A DNA stretch of 64,000 nucleotides from NCBI GenBank assembly GCA_041178545.1, contig JBEGVB010000056.1, forward strand, positions 369 through 64,368, in the 5' to 3' direction. The notes below the pieces were generated by a model. It made no database searches. It worked only from the letters and a program-made list of their open reading frames with translations, and was not told the DNA's origin. Shown one piece after another: positions 60,762 to 64,000 of the stretch. This stretch comes from Planctomycetota bacterium. Lineage in GTDB: Bacteria; Planctomycetota; UBA1135; UBA2386. Position 1 is the stretch's first letter. Every line of letters begins with the position of its first letter. The translations under genes and the position numbers were made by a program.

Positions 60762-61643
60762 TCAGCCGAGCAGGAGCAGTCGACACCTGCCCTGCTCGGA
60801 CATCCCCGCCCGCTCGTACGCGGCGCGCGCAGCGAAGTTCGCCACGCCCACGTGCAGGCACACGAGGGACTCGGGACGCTGTGCCGCCACGCTGGCCACC
60901 AGGCCTGCTGCCAGCCCCCTGCCCCGCCACTGCGGCATCGTGAACACCCCTTCGACGACGCAGCCCCCGGGACCGCGGCTGCCGAGGTCCAGCTTGGTCT
61001 GCACGCCGCCCACGGGACCGATCACGTGCGTCGAACCCTCGGCAATGCGGCCGAGCACGCTGTCGCGCAGCCAGCGACGGTCGACACGCCGCGGGTCGAT
61101 GTGGAGGTCGGACTCGTTGAGCTGCAGCGTTGCCGACATCAGTGCCTCCCGGTCGCCGCGCTGGGCCATGCGGACGTCGTCGCGCAACAGTCCCTGGTCC
61201 ACTTCCGATGGCCGCACCGCGTACCACGACTGGTCCCGGTGCAGGAGGGGTCTCGCGCTCAGGTGCGGCACCAGTGCGTCGACCAGCGGAGGCGGCCCCA
61301 TGGCGATGCGCCAGGGGATGCGCGTGGCCTGGACCGCAGCAGCAGTCGCCGCTCCGGGCAGGTCGTCATCGCCCAGGAGGACGAGGTTGCCCCGGCTGCC
61401 GAACCAGCAGAGGCCCCGCAGTTCGTCACCGACCAGCAGCGCGAGGAAGTCGCCGTCGGGTTCGACCAGTGCGTTCGCAACGTAGGAGGCACATGCACCG
61501 TGACCCGCGGCAAGCGCCCGTGCCGCGGCCGCCATGTGCTCGGGCAGGGACAGGGCCTGGAACGAGGGACGGGACGACAAGGACTCAAGATTGGCGTGCC
61601 ACCGGTCGATCCACAACGGTTCGGAGGACGCAACTTGGCCCAC
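60762..61643 (-). CDS. GNAT-family N-acetyltransferase (two-domain)
   Basis: C-terminal acetyl-CoA motif QWRGRGLAAGLV and ..ARAAYERAGM.. GTG start. Confidence 0.7.
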   Translation of the reverse strand: MGQVASSEPLWIDRWHANLESLSSRPSFQALSLPEHMAAAARALAAGHGACASYVANALVEPDGDFLALLVGDELRGLCWFGSRGNLVLLGDDDLPGAATAAAVQATRIPWRIAMGPPPLVDALVPHLSARPLLHRDQSWYAVRPSEVDQGLLRDDVRMAQRGDREALMSATLQLNESDLHIDPRRVDRRWLRDSVLGRIAEGSTHVIGPVGGVQTKLDLGSRGPGGCVVEGVFTMPQWRGRGLAAGLVASVAAQRPESLVCLHVGVANFAARAAYERAGMSEQGRCRLLLLG

Positions 61644-61739
61644 CTCGACTTCCCGTCGGACCCACGGTCCATCCCGCTCGGCGAACGCCGTCAGTGGGCA
61701 TCCCGACTCGCTGGTGCGCAGCGCACCTGGCTGCAGCGG

Positions 61740-61973
61740 TTGCCTGCGCTGCTGGAGCCGCCGTCACCTGCACCGGACTTCCCGGCATTCCTGCTCGAGA
61801 CCCCGCCGTTCCGGGGCCTTGCCCTCGCCGTCGGCGAGGCCCGTACGCGGGCCCAGCTGCCCACGGCCGTGGCCGACGAGTTGCAGCGGTTCGCGGACGC
61901 GTTCTGCGACTACCTGCGCACCGACTCGGGCGAGCAGGTGTTCGCCTTCGACCGGCACAACCGCGCCGGCTGA
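61740..61973 (+). CDS. Possible small protein; start not determinable
   Basis: The last ~70 codons before the stop at 61971-61973 have near-uniform G/C at codon position 3 (..FRGLALAVGEARTRAQLPTAVADELQRFADAFCDYLRTDSGEQVFAFDRHNRAG). There is no in-frame ATG or GTG; TTG 61740 is a guess. Confidence 0.3.
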   Translation: MPALLEPPSPAPDFPAFLLETPPFRGLALAVGEARTRAQLPTAVADELQRFADAFCDYLRTDSGEQVFAFDRHNRAG

Positions 61974-61975
61974 CT

Positions 61976-62377
61976 TCAGGCCTTGCTGCCGCCGCGCAGG
62001 CGGGCGGCAACGGCCTCCAGTTCGGCATGCGTCGTCTCGTGGCCCGGCAGGCCCGGCACCTGGCCTCCTGCCGTGGTCGGCAGCAGGTGGATGTGCGCAT
62101 GGCGCACCTCCCAGCCGATGACCGTCACGCAAACGCGCGCACACGGCAACCGTTCGCGCATGTCCAGGGCCACCTGCCTGGCAAACTCCCAGAGCGCGGC
62201 CGAGGCCCTTGCGTCCAGTTCGAGCCAGGAGTCGTGGACCTGCTTCGGCACCACGACCACGTGCCCGGGCAGCTGCGGTCTCGGCGCCAGGAAGGCCAGG
62301 TGCTGCTCGTCCTCCCGCACCCGCACCACGGGCGTGGCACCGGACACGACATCCGCGAACGTCCTCGGGGACTGCAT
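61976..62377 (-). CDS. HIT (histidine triad) family protein
   Basis: ATG 62377, 2 nt after the upstream stop. Histidine triad HAHIHLLP. Confidence 0.85.
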   Translation of the reverse strand: MQSPRTFADVVSGATPVVRVREDEQHLAFLAPRPQLPGHVVVVPKQVHDSWLELDARASAALWEFARQVALDMRERLPCARVCVTVIGWEVRHAHIHLLPTTAGGQVPGLPGHETTHAELEAVAARLRGGSKA

Positions 62378-62379
62378 GG

Positions 62380-64000
62380 TCAACGCAACCTCATCTCTGC
62401 TGCACTGGTCACCGGGGCCTCGCAGACGCCGCGCCTGCACACGTGCGCTGCGGGCTTGCCGTCCACCACCCACTTGCCCCGCACCAGCGGGGTGAGTTCC
62501 TCGAGCGCGGTCCGGTTGCCGTCGTGCACCAACAGCACCACACCGGGTGCAGGGAACGTCTTCCTGGCCTTGGCAAGCATCTCCTGTACCACCGGGTCGT
62601 CGGGCTCGCCCACGACCACGACCTCCCTCGGGTCCGCGAGGTGGAACTGCAGCGCACGCACCAGGCTCGGCACCGCGGTGGGCGCACGTTCGACCCAGCT
62701 GCGGTTCGACTGCAAGGCCCGCAGTCCCACGGCATGGACCGCCTCGTCGGCGAGCAGCAACCCGAGCCGCAGGTGTGCGACAGCGGCCACGGCCGCCCCC
62801 GCGGGCACACTCGACTCCGCAGGCGACTTCACGCGGACCAGCACCCGCTCGTGGTCGTCGGCCGTGGAGAAGAAACCGCCGTCGACCGGGTCGAGGAAGC
62901 GCGCACGCACCACCTCCAGCAACTGCGAGGCAGCACGCAGCCACCTCGGGTCGAAGTCGCTCTCGAACAGCGTCAGCAGCGCGTCCGCGAGCAGGGCATG
63001 GTCCTCGAGGTGGCCTGGGTGCCGGGCGGCACCGGAGTGCCAGCTCCGGAAACAGCGTCCGTCCACCACCAGCTCGCGCAGCACGAAGTCCGCTGCACTT
63101 CGTGCTGCCTCGAGCCACCGCGCCTCACCGGTCGCCTGGTGCGCCCGCGCGAGTGCTCCGACCGCGAGCGCGTTCCACGCAGTGAGCACCTTGTCGTCCA
63201 CGGCAGGCCGCACCCGCAGCTCCCGCCGCGCGAGCAGTTGCGTCCGCACGCGCGCGAATGCGGCCTCGAGATCCTCCGGTCGCCTGCCCGTCTTGGCGGC
63301 CAAGGCCTCGAGGGTCTGCGCCTGCCACAGCACGTTGCGACCCTGGAAGTTGCCGGCCTTGGTCACCCCGTGGCGCAGGCAGAAGGCTGCGGCATCGTCC
63401 CCCGCGACCTCGGCAACCTCGTCCTTGGACCACAGGAACCAGCGCCCTTCCTCACCCTCGCTCTGTGCGTCCATGCTGGAGTGGAACGCACCGTGCGGAC
63501 CGCGCAGGTCGCGCAGCACCCACTCGAGCGCCCGCCGTGCGACCTCCAGGTCCGTGCGCTCGCCTCCCGCCTGCCACGCGGCCAGGTAGAGCTCTGCGAG
63601 CTGGGCGTTGTCGTAGAGCATCTTCTCGAAGTGCGGAACGAGCCACGCACGGTCCGTGGTGTAGCGGTGGAAACCGCCGCCGACCTGGTCGTGGATCCCG
63701 CCGCGTGCCATTGCATCGAGCGCGCGCCGTGCCGTCGCAGCCGCAGCCGCGTCGCCGCGCGCGCCAGCCGCGAGCAGCACCTGGAGCTCGGCCGCGTGCG
63801 GGAACTTGGGGGCGAAGAGCGGTGCAGCACCGAAACCGCCGTGCACCGTGTCCTCCTGTGCGAGGCTTGCCGCCACGGCACCGTCCACCAGTTCCGGACC
63901 GAGCGCACCTGCCTCCGTGCGCGGGGCCAGCACCTGTTGCAGATGCTGCGCGAGCTCGCGCGACCCCTTCCGCACCGCGTCGCGGTCCTCGTCCCAGGCC
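62380..64000 (-). CDS. Thioredoxin-domain (YyaL/DUF255) protein with GlcNAc 2-epimerase-like fold, 5' end outside window
   Basis: GGFHRYTTDRAWLVPHFEKMLYDNAQL signature. The frame remains open upstream of the track start (a GTG at 63975) to base 64000 (..AWDEDRDAVRKG..). Confidence 0.85.
   Translation of the reverse strand, partial: AWDEDRDAVRKGSRELAQHLQQVLAPRTEAGALGPELVDGAVAASLAQEDTVHGGFGAAPLFAPKFPHAAELQVLLAAGARGDAAAAATARRALDAMARGGIHDQVGGGFHRYTTDRAWLVPHFEKMLYDNAQLAELYLAAWQAGGERTDLEVARRALEWVLRDLRGPHGAFHSSMDAQSEGEEGRWFLWSKDEVAEVAGDDAAAFCLRHGVTKAGNFQGRNVLWQAQTLEALAAKTGRRPEDLEAAFARVRTQLLARRELRVRPAVDDKVLTAWNALAVGALARAHQATGEARWLEAARSAADFVLRELVVDGRCFRSWHSGAARHPGHLEDHALLADALLTLFESDFDPRWLRAASQLLEVVRARFLDPVDGGFFSTADDHERVLVRVKSPAESSVPAGAAVAAVAHLRLGLLLADEAVHAVGLRALQSNRSWVERAPTAVPSLVRALQFHLADPREVVVVGEPDDPVVQEMLAKARKTFPAPGVVLLVHDGNRTALEELTPLVRGKWVVDGKPAAHVCRRGVCEAPVTSAAEMRLR

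Overview
High-GC (about 70%) bacterial chromosomal segment, densely coding: about 50 CDS. I recognised no rRNA, tRNA, transposase, integrase or CRISPR array. Housekeeping anchors are ruvB, tgt, a phosphomannomutase, ltaE, selB, rpoD, dnaG, rsmA, nadK, dxs, ispA, a Ski2/HelY-like helicase, a HIT protein and a YyaL-type thioredoxin-domain protein (cut by the window end). Between them lie many envelope or secreted proteins. These include three BNR/Asp-box propeller proteins (two are tandem sortilin/VPS10-like paralogues, one with a PDZ insertion) and a DUF2961/GH172 protein. There is also a Met/His-rich repeat protein, a HEAT-VWA protein, an OmpA-like lipoprotein, an FGE/SUMF1 lipoprotein and two TPR lipoproteins. 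The most unusual stretch is a minus-strand chain of tightly coupled genes (45920 down to 36522). It runs giant Zn-ribbon/Hanks-kinase/FGE protein, lipoprotein, PP2C phosphatase, orphan GspF/PilC-like platform protein, HAMP histidine kinase, small membrane protein. An FtsQ-like gene sits directly upstream. I know of no described system with this composition, but that is an inference from domain content only. Many gene junctions are 4-nt overlaps (ATGA, GTGA, TTGA), and many best-supported starts are GTG or TTG. The ORF track contains numerous long antisense or alternative-frame ORFs, as expected at this GC content; I rejected them. Start codons were chosen from motifs, signal peptides, overlaps and SD-like sequences and remain uncertain for several genes. 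Taxon cannot be determined from the window; the gene content is reminiscent of Planctomycetota- or Myxococcota-like genomes (inference only).
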